A stretch of DNA of 48,831 nt, taken from assembly GCA_964562045.1 (NCBI GenBank), contig CAZLRR010000003.1:1-48831 (forward strand). The letters run 5' to 3'. Shown here piece after piece: positions 16,646 through 25,877 of this stretch (position 1 is the first letter of the stretch; each line of letters opens with the position of its first letter). The position numbers and the translations under genes were made by a program. The notes under the pieces were generated by a model. The model saw only the letters and a list, made by a program, of their open reading frames with translations. It made no database searches and was not told the origin of the DNA. The DNA comes from an uncultured Methanosarcinales archaeon. GTDB taxonomy: Archaea; Nanobdellota; Nanobdellia; Woesearchaeales; UBA583.

Positions 16646-17368
16646 TTACCGCAAAACTTCACTCTCAATACAATATTTAAATGCACTCATTTCTCGAGGT
16701 GTTCTTAATTCATATTTAAATCCAGGAAACTCTGTCCTCAGCCAAAAATCTCTTTCTTTTCCGCTCTCCAAAGTTAGTGATGTGCAATCTTCATCAAAAA
16801 CTAATCTAATCTCCAAACCAGAATTTGAAACAAAATCCCTTAACTCTTCTTCTGCACTGATAAAATCAGTATCAACTTCATATCTCGTAAGAGTATCAAC
16901 CTCTAAAAAACCATCAAAATCAATTCCAGGAAAAAGACCTGCATTAATTGCATCCCAAAAACATTTCATAATTATTGTTCTATGATTTCCTCCTCCATCT
17001 ACATAACAACCACCAGAATTAACTTGAGACAAAAAAAATTTTTCGGGGTGTTGTTTAAAATAAGAGGAAGGATTTCCAAAAAAATAATCTAAATTATCCC
17101 CTCTTTTAAGTAAAACCTGATTCCAAATACATCCAATATAATCACCATGAGTTGTTCCTACAATCTCATCAATATAAACTCTTTTGTTTTTCAAAAAATC
17201 AATCCTTCTAGCATACTTAATATAATCCAAAGCAGCCTTACTTACTCTTACTCCACCATCCCCAACAACTCTATCATTATCTGCATCAAAACTTCTAATT
17301 CTTTGAGATGAACTCTCCATTCCAGAAATTTTTCTTCTCATCTCTCCAAATCTTTCTAATGCATCCAT
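16646..17368 (-). CDS. Hypothetical protein; possible ParB/Srx-fold (weak)
   Basis: 240 aa. YVDGGGNHRTII resembles the DGxHR motif of ParB/DndB-type domains but has extra Gly residues. Confidence 0.5.
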   Translation of the reverse strand: MDALERFGEMRRKISGMESSSQRIRSFDADNDRVVGDGGVRVSKAALDYIKYARRIDFLKNKRVYIDEIVGTTHGDYIGCIWNQVLLKRGDNLDYFFGNPSSYFKQHPEKFFLSQVNSGGCYVDGGGNHRTIIMKCFWDAINAGLFPGIDFDGFLEVDTLTRYEVDTDFISAEEELRDFVSNSGLEIRLVFDEDCTSLTLESGKERDFWLRTEFPGFKYELRTPREMSAFKYCIESEVLR

Positions 17369-17443
17369 ATAAAATAGTAACCAATGTTAATTTAAAAACC
17401 ATTCCAACACCTTTATAAATTTAGAACTACTATCCATAATACA

Positions 17444-18232
17444 ATGCAAGATTGGAGTAACGAAGATTTTAGAAATTTTACCTTTTCTTTTAGAAATCCT
17501 ATAAAACCAACCCCAATTAGAGTTTCAACTGATTTAAATGAGTTCGAAAATTCCATTCTTTTAGCTTACCTTTTTGAAAAAAGTGCAAATGTTGAATTAA
17601 TAAATCTACCTGCACTTGAGAAAACTTTGCAAAACTTACACTCAGAATCTCCAGAAAAACCAGAACTTCCATGTAGGTTAACTTATGAAGATAACTTACA
17701 CGAGATTGCCGAAGTTCTAAGTCAATATTACTCTGATAGATTTTTTAGAGCAAGACTCGATATCCCTGATTTCCCTGGAATTATCACCGCCAAAAAAAAG
17801 CCAATGAAAATAACTCTTCCTAATGGAGAAGAAATCCCATACACTCTAATAACTGAAGAATCAAGTGCAAATTATCCACTAACTTATTCAGCATTTTCAA
17901 CAGACACAGAAATATTTTTGAGAGAAAATGCCCAACTCTATGTTTCAATTCTTGCGCAAAATCAAGAAGTACCACCAGAAATAATTAAACAATTACCTCT
18001 TGTCCCAATAGCACATGAAATTTGCGAGAGAAGAAACGAAAAAAACGGATCTAATCCAAAATCTCTTACAGATAGAGAATTGTTAAGTGAAACAGACTCT
18101 AGAAAATTTTTGGTCATTGACAATGGAGTCTCAGAAGAAGTTTACTCAACATATCACTCCCTTCTTGCAAATAGAAATAGAGAAAGACCAAACCTTTCTC
18201 AAATGATACAAAATCTTAATTTTGATCCTTAA
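17444..18232 (+). CDS. Hypothetical protein
   Basis: 262-aa ORF. A TATA block lies 24 nt upstream. No recognised motif. Confidence 0.6.
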   Translation: MQDWSNEDFRNFTFSFRNPIKPTPIRVSTDLNEFENSILLAYLFEKSANVELINLPALEKTLQNLHSESPEKPELPCRLTYEDNLHEIAEVLSQYYSDRFFRARLDIPDFPGIITAKKKPMKITLPNGEEIPYTLITEESSANYPLTYSAFSTDTEIFLRENAQLYVSILAQNQEVPPEIIKQLPLVPIAHEICERRNEKNGSNPKSLTDRELLSETDSRKFLVIDNGVSEEVYSTYHSLLANRNRERPNLSQMIQNLNFDP

Positions 18233-18531
18233 TCTCCCTTTAAAGTATGAATTAATTGAATTACTGGTTTAAGAATTTCAACTCTTCTTCTACCTAAATC
18301 TCTAACCTCGGAGTTATCTTCAGTTCTTAAATCTTGCTTACTTGCCCCAAAACCTGTCTGTGTTTCTGAAGGCAACTGTGAATTCCTTGCAAATACTCCA
18401 AACTCTTCTAAAAATCCATCCGCGATTTCATTAAATCTAGACATATTTCCTGCACTAAATGCAGTCATCATCGCACTTCTTCTACTCTCAACGTCACGAG
18501 AATAAAGTTCTATTGTATCTTGTCCTACCAT
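18229..18531 (-). CDS. Hypothetical protein
   Basis: 100-aa ORF with an ATG start. It overlaps the previous gene convergently by 4 nt. Confidence 0.45.
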   Translation of the reverse strand: MVGQDTIELYSRDVESRRSAMMTAFSAGNMSRFNEIADGFLEEFGVFARNSQLPSETQTGFGASKQDLRTEDNSEVRDLGRRRVEILKPVIQLIHTLKGD

Positions 18532-18597
18532 TTAACAACTCTGGAAACTATTACTTTTTAATATTTATTATAAACAAAAAGTAACAAACAAAAGAAT

Positions 18598-21500
18598 TTA
18601 TTCTCTCTTCTCTGACCATGCAAAATAACCAAGCAGCATTCCCAAAGTTAAAAGAGCTGAAACAAATCCTCCGAAAGGATACTCCGAAGATGGAGTTGAA
18701 GAAGAACTTCCTGTGCTATCCCCACCGCCACTTGGAGGTTCAGCAGCCATACCCAAAATAGGGACAGAATCCGTAATAACATTATTGTATCCGTTTGAAT
18801 CACAGATCGTATAAATAATACCCTCATCTACAACAGTGTGATTTTGAGTAGAATTAGAACAAATATGATCTCCCCAACGATTTCCCACCTCTCCACCAGA
18901 AAGCATCACATCAGGATCGAAATTTACAACATCTGTCTGGCTCACTTTTGTTCCATCAGGAATAGAATTTCCATACATCAATACACTCTTCAATCTAAAT
19001 AAATAAATATCATCTGTAATATTATTATTTCTAATTACAGCAGATTTATTATAAGCATTTGAACTTGAGTACAAATAAATATCCCTTACCGAAGAACTCA
19101 AAAATGTAATATTACTAATCTCAACATCCAGCTTATTTGCAGAAGTTGAATAATAGTAAACTCCATTACTAAAATCATTTATAACTCCATTTCTAATGCT
19201 TATGTTTTCAATCGGCACGCTATTTTGTATCTCTACTCCATTATAAGAACCTCCTCCGTTCATAGTATATCCTCCAAGATCTAAAATTAGATTGCTTTGA
19301 TAAAAATTAAAACAATCATTTGAACAAGTTTGATCCTGTGTTAATCTCAAAGTTAAAGGGTTAGAGAGAACATTGTTCTGAATAAGAGAGAGAGGAGTGT
19401 TTCCAAGCCCAATAACTGTATCAGGAAGTACTACGACATTACCATAAGTAGTCATATCAAACTCTCCAACATTAAATCCGCTTCCAGAATTCAATAAAAG
19501 ATGATTTATCCTGTTAAAAGTAATCTTGTCAACACTAAATCCTCCACCAGAAAAACTAACATCGTCCAGATAAGAAACATAAAGATGCTTTTGTGGATAA
19601 ACATTATACATATTCAAATCCCTATCATAACTCATACTAGAACTATAAAAATAAATATCATAGTTTGTATTTCCAGAAAAAACAATTGTAGAAATATTAA
19701 TATTTATTGGAGTACTACCAGAAGAACTTGAATACTGTATTCCCCTATCAAATCCATTGATATAACCATTTTTAATTGTTGAACCTAATACTTCTGCATT
19801 ATACACTTGCACACCATAATCACCTGAACCTCCATCTCCTGAAAGAGTTTTCTGATTCAAATCCAAAATTAAATCTGATTGATAAAGAATAAATCCATCA
19901 TAAGCAACAGAATAATCATCTCTTAACAAAATCTTCAAAGGATTTTCAAAAGTGTTATATCTAATATAAGAATTCGCCAAATCCTGAACAAGAATTTCAG
20001 TTGAAGCCTGATTAGTTACATACGTATTAAGAAGGTCAAATTCCCCAGTAATATCTATTTCAAAAGTCTTACTCAAATCAAAATTCCCCACCTGTGACAA
20101 ATCTAAACTCCCAAAATCAATATAAGTCTGGTTAATTGCGACAGTTTTTATATAATCAAATTCACTTCTCCCATCAAAATCACAATTGGTAATTGTTACA
20201 CTTTTATCATAATCCTTATTCCCCCCACTAAACCTTAAATCACGCAAATTATTTCCTACGAAATTCACATTCTCAAAACTAAAATCCCCCGAATAATTGC
20301 CTGTCTGTTCATATCTGAAAGCATACCCGAAATTAGTTATTGTTCCGTTTTTCACAACCACCGAATTTACACCACTTAAAGAACTAACAGATATTCCTGA
20401 GGAGGTAGTTCCTCCCGTCCCAGACAAAGTGTTTCCACCTAAATTGAGAATTGTATTAGAAGGATATAATGTAAAGCAACCATTTGAAGTCTGATCATTT
20501 TTCAAAACTATTTCTAAAGGGTTTGAATATAAAACTCCTGAAATTTGCGAGCTACATAAATCTCCCAAATATAATTTAAATTCAGGATTAAATAAAACAT
20601 TTTTATTTGGACCCTGAAGCGTAATGTAAGTAGTTAAATTTATAAAATTAGAGTTTGTAAAATCAGTAGTCTCAATATAATAAATATATGCTCTATTCGC
20701 ACGAAGTTCTGCCTGATTAAGAACAAAATTATGCAAGTATCTAACAAATAAATTCCCCGAGAGAGAAGTATCTCCAGTAATTGTAACTCCAGAATCAGTT
20801 CCAAGCGCACTCGGAGCAATATAAATATCTGAATCAATATTATTAGTAAAACTTATACCATCAATAGTAACTTTTGGAGCACTCTCAGACCAAACCCCAT
20901 AATTGAAATTATTAATTGTACCATTTTTAATAACTACATCTTTTGGTGAATTCGACAAAGAAAAAGCAAAATTTGTGCCAGCTCCAGAAATAGTATGCCC
21001 ACCCAAATCAATAGTTAGACCATCCTGATAGATATAGGTACATACTGAGGAATCCGAATCATCTTGAGTTAGTAAAAGATAAGGATCACTTGAATACACA
21101 TATCCGCTAAAAAGTGAATCACAAACTCTACCTGTTTTCATTTGCAGTGCAGCAGGGTAATTTACTGTTGCAGATGTTGGCCCCTGCATATGAATACCTC
21201 CTGCAGAATTTAGATTTGTAACCGCAGAAAAATCAATGGTGTCAATATAATGCAGATAAAGGCTAGACATCTCAAGATTTGACTGATCAATAGTTAGGCT
21301 ATTAAGGTAAAGAATATAAATCTGACCAGTAAAAGTACTATCTCCGGTTATTATCATACTACCACCTGAAGGCATAGTAGTCTTACTAATATAAACATCA
21401 TAACTTGCACTATTTACAATATCAACATTATCGAGAGTAAAACCTGGAGAATAATCATAACTATAGATTCCTGAATCAAAATTGTTTATGACACCGTTTT

Positions 21501-21759
21501 TTATAGTAACACCAACTCTACTGCCCCCAAATAATACTCCTCTATTCGAGCCCGGACCAGTTAACGTGTGGCCATTCAAATCCAAAATTATATTGTCAGC
21601 TAAAATACTAAAACAATTTCCAGTTGCAGTAATATCCTGAGTCACAACATAAGTTTCTCCGGCTACATTAAGATTTTGACAAGTATCTATATTCGTAAGA
21701 GCAAAAACAGAAGGAGTAAATGCAATTAGCAAAAAAATCAAAAATATCTTAAATTTCAT
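18598..21759 (-). CDS. Large surface protein with five parallel beta-helix (NosD/CASH-like) modules, a signal peptide and a C-terminal anchor
   Basis: Signal peptide MKFKIFLIFLLIAFTPSVFA. Five roughly 190-aa repeats each contain L(D/N)LxGxT(L/I/M)xGxG ... (V/I)(K/R)NG(V/T/Y)IN(N/D/G)F. A Ser/Gly/Thr linker is followed by YPFGGFVSALLTLGMLLGYFAW-SEKRE. Confidence 0.8.
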   Translation of the reverse strand: MKFKIFLIFLLIAFTPSVFALTNIDTCQNLNVAGETYVVTQDITATGNCFSILADNIILDLNGHTLTGPGSNRGVLFGGSRVGVTIKNGVINNFDSGIYSYDYSPGFTLDNVDIVNSASYDVYISKTTMPSGGSMIITGDSTFTGQIYILYLNSLTIDQSNLEMSSLYLHYIDTIDFSAVTNLNSAGGIHMQGPTSATVNYPAALQMKTGRVCDSLFSGYVYSSDPYLLLTQDDSDSSVCTYIYQDGLTIDLGGHTISGAGTNFAFSLSNSPKDVVIKNGTINNFNYGVWSESAPKVTIDGISFTNNIDSDIYIAPSALGTDSGVTITGDTSLSGNLFVRYLHNFVLNQAELRANRAYIYYIETTDFTNSNFINLTTYITLQGPNKNVLFNPEFKLYLGDLCSSQISGVLYSNPLEIVLKNDQTSNGCFTLYPSNTILNLGGNTLSGTGGTTSSGISVSSLSGVNSVVVKNGTITNFGYAFRYEQTGNYSGDFSFENVNFVGNNLRDLRFSGGNKDYDKSVTITNCDFDGRSEFDYIKTVAINQTYIDFGSLDLSQVGNFDLSKTFEIDITGEFDLLNTYVTNQASTEILVQDLANSYIRYNTFENPLKILLRDDYSVAYDGFILYQSDLILDLNQKTLSGDGGSGDYGVQVYNAEVLGSTIKNGYINGFDRGIQYSSSSGSTPININISTIVFSGNTNYDIYFYSSSMSYDRDLNMYNVYPQKHLYVSYLDDVSFSGGGFSVDKITFNRINHLLLNSGSGFNVGEFDMTTYGNVVVLPDTVIGLGNTPLSLIQNNVLSNPLTLRLTQDQTCSNDCFNFYQSNLILDLGGYTMNGGGSYNGVEIQNSVPIENISIRNGVINDFSNGVYYYSTSANKLDVEISNITFLSSSVRDIYLYSSSNAYNKSAVIRNNNITDDIYLFRLKSVLMYGNSIPDGTKVSQTDVVNFDPDVMLSGGEVGNRWGDHICSNSTQNHTVVDEGIIYTICDSNGYNNVITDSVPILGMAAEPPSGGGDSTGSSSSTPSSEYPFGGFVSALLTLGMLLGYFAWSEKRE

Positions 21760-21820
21760 AATAAGTTAGAGAACACTAGTTTTTAAAACATTTGTCTTCA
21801 CTTCACCTGTTAAAAACTTA

Positions 21821-22747
21821 CTAATATAGCTTTTTCAAAAAACTCTTAATTTCATCAACTGATTTCAACTGATGAATTTTCTTTGGATTAAAAGGTCCCT
21901 TAACTCTTACATCTTTCATCATCCAAAAAACATGCTCACGCACCTCATTTACAGATTTACGATTTTCATACCTTTCATACAACTCAATAAAACTCAAAAT
22001 TTCTCTTAAAACATTCTGATTATTTTTCACAAAATTTTTATTAAAAACCCACGGAGAATGCATTGCCTTTCGTCCAATCATAATACCATCACAACCACTC
22101 TTTTCAAGCATCTCAAGTCCTTTTTCATATGAATCAACATCCCCATTAAAAATCACGGGCAACTCTTTTACGGCTTCTTTAATTTGTTTCTGAATTAGCC
22201 AGTTAGACTTCCCACCATATTTTTGCTGAGCCGTTCTACCATGAACCGCCAAAGCAGAAATTCCACATTCCTTTAACTGCTTTGCAAGTCTAACTCCGCA
22301 AATAGATTGATCGTCCCAACCAATTCTAATTTTCACAGAAACGGGCTTTTTAACAACTCCTACAAGAGATTTTACAATATCAAGAAGTTTATCCTGCTCT
22401 TTCAAAAGTGCTGCTCCTTCTCCTCTTGCTAAAACATCTGGCAAAATACACCCAGAATTAAAATCAATAATATCTGCAAACTCCTCAACTAACTTTGCTG
22501 TCTTTAAAATTTTATCTTTATCAGCTCCAGAAATCTGAACAGAAACTGGCCTCTCTTCCTCTCTAATATTTAAAAATTTCTTAATTTCTTCTTTTGTTTT
22601 GTTGTAGTGAAGATTTGAATTAATCATCTGAGTATAGATAAGTCCACAACCATGTTTTTTACATAACAACCTGTATGAAGTGCAATTTACTGCTGCCATT
22701 GGTGCTAGTACGAACGGAGTTTTTATTTGAATATTTTGAATTTTCAT
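21821..22747 (-). CDS. dus: tRNA-dihydrouridine synthase
   Basis: Motifs FVLAPMAAVN, DFNSGC, VSVKIRIGWD and LAVHGRT. Confidence 0.85.
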   Translation of the reverse strand: MKIQNIQIKTPFVLAPMAAVNCTSYRLLCKKHGCGLIYTQMINSNLHYNKTKEEIKKFLNIREEERPVSVQISGADKDKILKTAKLVEEFADIIDFNSGCILPDVLARGEGAALLKEQDKLLDIVKSLVGVVKKPVSVKIRIGWDDQSICGVRLAKQLKECGISALAVHGRTAQQKYGGKSNWLIQKQIKEAVKELPVIFNGDVDSYEKGLEMLEKSGCDGIMIGRKAMHSPWVFNKNFVKNNQNVLREILSFIELYERYENRKSVNEVREHVFWMMKDVRVKGPFNPKKIHQLKSVDEIKSFLKKLY

Positions 22748-23772
22748 TTTTTATTTTCAAGTACAAGAATATGCCTTGTCATACTTCGGTTTATGTAATG
22801 GTCAATTTTTTTAATTTGTTTGAAATATTTTCTTGCCAAGTCTTCAAATTCAACAAAATTTGCATAAACTACAACCATTCGTTTTCCTTTCTTTAAATAT
22901 TTTTTTGCATTCTTTAAGAAATTCTCATACAAATCTATTCCTAATTTCCTACAACATCTCCCATAAGGAATATCAGTTACAATTCCATCAACAGTATTAT
23001 CTTTTAGAAATTGTGTTGCTGAATCAGCTAAAATTCGAAAGTATTTTGCTTCAGGAAAATAATGCTCAATATTTTGTTTCATATATTTTAAATCATTCCA
23101 CGAAATATCATTTCCAATAACCTCGAATTTCATATCAATTGCTTCCAAAAGAATTCCTCCAATTCCACAAAAAGGATCAAGAACAATTCCATCTTTTAAT
23201 TTTAGATAATTTATACAGATTCTTGCAAGATCAGATTTTAAAGTATAAGGCATTTTAACTGGACGAAATTTAGGCATTCTTTGAATGTAATCTTTCTCAT
23301 TTTCATAAAGCTTTTGAGTTAAATAAACATTCTCTCCTCTCTCTTCAAAAATATAATTTATTTCATAATCTGGATTTTTTAAACTAACTTTAGGATTTTT
23401 TAAACTATCCCAAATAGGTTTTGCAAGTTCTCTCTCCTCAAACCCGGATTTCTCAGCTTTAGGCCTAACTCCCTTATTTCGAACTACAAAAGTTTTATTC
23501 TCAAGATATGAAAAATCTAAATCTTTAGCTAAATCTAATGGATTTTTTCCTTCATTTAAAACAATCCCAAGATAGTTTGTAAAAGTAAGTCTTCTTAATA
23601 GTTGATGAGTTGGTTCAATTATATTTTGGCTTTGAAAAGAATAAACTCTATTCTCTATTTGTTTTAGAATAATTTTTTCATCAAAATAAGTTTCCCACAA
23701 AGTTTCAAATTCAAAAGTTGCAAGATCTTTGTTTGTTCCCTTAAGAACCAGAATATATTTTAATTTGTTCAT
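22744..23772 (-). CDS. trm11: THUMP-domain tRNA (guanine-N2)-methyltransferase, Trm11-like
   Basis: SAM motif VLDPFCGIGGILLEA and catalytic TDIPYG. ATGA overlap with dus. Confidence 0.7.
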   Translation of the reverse strand: MNKLKYILVLKGTNKDLATFEFETLWETYFDEKIILKQIENRVYSFQSQNIIEPTHQLLRRLTFTNYLGIVLNEGKNPLDLAKDLDFSYLENKTFVVRNKGVRPKAEKSGFEERELAKPIWDSLKNPKVSLKNPDYEINYIFEERGENVYLTQKLYENEKDYIQRMPKFRPVKMPYTLKSDLARICINYLKLKDGIVLDPFCGIGGILLEAIDMKFEVIGNDISWNDLKYMKQNIEHYFPEAKYFRILADSATQFLKDNTVDGIVTDIPYGRCCRKLGIDLYENFLKNAKKYLKKGKRMVVVYANFVEFEDLARKYFKQIKKIDHYINRSMTRHILVLENKK

Positions 23773-23805
23773 CTAAATTAAATAAGTTTGATTTGTTTAA
23801 AAAGA

Positions 23806-24429
23806 TTAGGCACTCTTTAATCTTTTCTCTAACGCAGGAATTCTACAATAAAGTTGATAAACATCATATCCTTGAGCTCCATTATTCATATAAAAAGCAA
23901 TTCTCGATTGAAGTTGAGAAATAGGATTATTTTCTAAAATTGAAGAGAGATAACTTGAGTCAATAAATAAATGTCTATATTGAGTGTCAATTTCTGCGGC
24001 ATAATCAACAACTCGTGCATATTGGCTTTTTAGGGTACTTGAAGCCTCAGCTATAACTCCTGTAGAGAAAGTATTTAAATTCTGGTTATCTTCGGCATTA
24101 TTACGTAATTGTCCATACTCCTCAATATATTCATCCATGAGAATTTGAAATCTTTCTATAAGTACTCTAACCGCTCTAACTTGTGGTGAAGATGTTGTTT
24201 CAAAGACAAAAGACAATCTCTTTCTCATATGATTTCTATGTTGATTTAATTTAAGAGAAAAAGAACTCTGGAGATTTAATGCTGCATCTTCAAGATTTCG
24301 AAGATATTGCCTTCGGATAATATTTGTTAAATCAACAATTTGCTCTGCTTGAGTATTAGAAATTACCATCCTAAATAAAATACTTAATATCTCTATATAA
24401 AGCTTTTTAGAAAAAGAAGTTGTGTTCAC
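23806..24429 (-). CDS. Hypothetical helical protein (third gene of the unknown cassette)
   Basis: 207 aa with a GTG start at 24429 (the alternative ATG is 24369). No recognised motif. Confidence 0.5.
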   Translation of the reverse strand: MNTTSFSKKLYIEILSILFRMVISNTQAEQIVDLTNIIRRQYLRNLEDAALNLQSSFSLKLNQHRNHMRKRLSFVFETTSSPQVRAVRVLIERFQILMDEYIEEYGQLRNNAEDNQNLNTFSTGVIAEASSTLKSQYARVVDYAAEIDTQYRHLFIDSSYLSSILENNPISQLQSRIAFYMNNGAQGYDVYQLYCRIPALEKRLKSA

Positions 24430-24441
24430 TTAAACTAAAGA

Positions 24442-25026
24442 TTATTTTTTAGTTTTCAAAAAAAGTTCATAACAATCTTTTATATTAAAAGTGCTTATTC
24501 CGTCATGTCTTTTCAACTCTTTTGGAATATCACTAATATCATATTTCTCAAATTTCTTTAATATTTCTTCCTTATTAATATAATTTTCAATAACTTCACA
24601 AAAATCATAATGATATAATAATCTAAATTCATATATATTCAATAAAAAAAAATAAAAAGAAATAACAATAGTTAAAAATAAAAAAGATTCAATAAACATA
24701 TTTTGTAAAAGGTTCCAATAGCTAAATATCATTAAACAAAAAATAAATAAAACAATTAAAACAATTGAAATGAAAAATCTCTTTCCCATTTTTGCAACAA
24801 TTTTTCTATAATACTTTACATCATTATTAATTTTTGTGCGAACATTATCAAGTCCCTCAATTGTTAATTTATTTTTATTATCTTCTAATTTTTTATCACT
24901 CTCATCTTTTTGTTTATTCAAATCAGCATTTAAATTTGACAAAGAAAAAAAAATTGTATTTAAACCTAAAAAAAACAAACTAAGACTTACAATATTATAT
25001 ATTCCGCCAAATAGTTCAACTAACAT
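24442..25026 (-). CDS. Hypothetical multi-TM protein with a charged loop and a soluble C-terminal tail
   Basis: 194 aa. TM segments include IYNIVSLSLFFLGLNTIFF, FFISIVLIVLFIFCLMIF and FLFLTIVISFYFFLL. Confidence 0.6.
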   Translation of the reverse strand: MLVELFGGIYNIVSLSLFFLGLNTIFFSLSNLNADLNKQKDESDKKLEDNKNKLTIEGLDNVRTKINNDVKYYRKIVAKMGKRFFISIVLIVLFIFCLMIFSYWNLLQNMFIESFLFLTIVISFYFFLLNIYEFRLLYHYDFCEVIENYINKEEILKKFEKYDISDIPKELKRHDGISTFNIKDCYELFLKTKK

Positions 25027-25528
25027 TTTTGCTTTTTAATTTCATCATATCAAAAATTCCATTTAATAATATTGTAGTCGTTCGATCATTAAAATTAACA
25101 TTTGCTTTTCTATCAGTTTTCACCTTCCCATGCGCTTCTTCATATCTATAAATTTTATCATCAACAATAGTAAAGTGATTGGCAGAAATATCTCCATTTA
25201 ATACTCGGATTTCAACATTTTTAGAATTACTTATTTTTGTTTTGGGTTCTTTATCAGAAATAATCTCTATCTTTACATTATCATTTAAAGCCTTATTAAT
25301 TGCAGATTTAACATATGGGTCTTCATAACACTCATTATCAAGACTCCCAGTATAAATCTTTATTTTTTGTCTTGCTTTTGAAAACATAAGAGTTAATAAG
25401 AATTTTGCATGTAAAATACTACAATTCGAAATATTTAAATCCTTAGAATCATCACTTGCCTGCATAGCAATTTCATAATAATCCCTTGATAACCTATAAT
25501 CTTTTTTTAATTTTTCAAAGTCAATCAT
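25016..25528 (-). CDS. Hypothetical protein, weakly PLD/Nuc-like with a degenerate HKD
   Basis: 170 aa. The order KIKIYTGSL ... NVKIEII ... NHFTIVDDKIY ... ANVNFN recalls a PLD fold, but the HxK Lys is Thr. Confidence 0.5.
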   Translation of the reverse strand: MIDFEKLKKDYRLSRDYYEIAMQASDDSKDLNISNCSILHAKFLLTLMFSKARQKIKIYTGSLDNECYEDPYVKSAINKALNDNVKIEIISDKEPKTKISNSKNVEIRVLNGDISANHFTIVDDKIYRYEEAHGKVKTDRKANVNFNDRTTTILLNGIFDMMKLKSKNVS

Positions 25529-25699
25529 TTTAAGCCTAAAACTAATCTACCATGATAAGTATTTGAATCTTTATAAATATAACTCACCAGATTAATCACA
25601 TTTAGTTTTTAATATATATTTCTAGTAAATCACTTTAAATAACTTTGTTTCTACTTCAAAAAGTAAAAATTAATATTACACAGAAATTAACGAATAAAG

Positions 25700-25793
25700 A
25701 AGCTTTGACCCAACTACATTTCGTGAACTCAAAGCAATCAAAGATTGCTAAGCCTTCACTCCACTACTTTTCGTGAAGTTTTAGCAATTTTTT
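25700..25793 (+). other. Two tandem ~50-nt degenerate units with stem-loops, ending in T6 (candidate small RNA; strand uncertain)
   Basis: CCAACTACATTTCGTGAAC (25710-25728) matches CCACTACTTTTCGTGAAG (25761-25778). Stems are GCTTTGA/TCAAAGC, GCAATC-AAA-GATTGC and CTTCAC/GTGAAG. A T-run lies at 25788-25793. Confidence 0.3.
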
Positions 25794-25794
25794 G

Positions 25795-25860
25795 CTGTGG
25801 CGCGGCATTTGAATGCGCAGTGTATATTCATACACAAACATTCAAATAACAAAGCCACAG
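25795..25860. other. 66-nt three-segment hairpin immediately downstream of the ABC operon (possible terminator or 3' structure)
   Basis: CTGTGGC (25795-25801) pairs with GCCACAG (25854-25860). ATTTGAATG (25807-25815) pairs with CATTCAAAT (25839-25847). GTGTAT (25820-25825) pairs with ATACAC (25830-25835). Confidence 0.5.
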
Positions 25861-25877
25861 TGAAAAAGGGCAAAACT

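Noticed and set aside
17416-17427. 12-nt match (minus strand) to the first 12 nt of the CRISPR repeat (GTTCTAAATTTA)
   Set aside because: It overlaps a TATA-box-like promoter sequence in an AT-rich intergenic region. There is no second repeat and no spacer-like periodicity, so the match is coincidental.
19501-20837. ORFs 19501-19731(+), 20297-20494(+) and 20640-20837(-) inside the beta-helix surface protein gene
   Set aside because: They are nested in a 1053-aa ORF with clear repeat structure and have no motifs of their own.
25648-25680. TTTCTACTTCAA, a possible fifth, 3-nt-deleted copy of the 15-mer upstream of the structured non-coding region
   Set aside because: It lacks the CAn core and the canonical TATA block at the fixed spacing. 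I did not count it, though it might promote a small RNA.
25795-25860. GC-enriched segment checked as a possible tRNA or other known RNA gene
   Set aside because: It folds as one long hairpin. There is no cloverleaf, no T-loop GTTCRANNC box and no acceptor stem.
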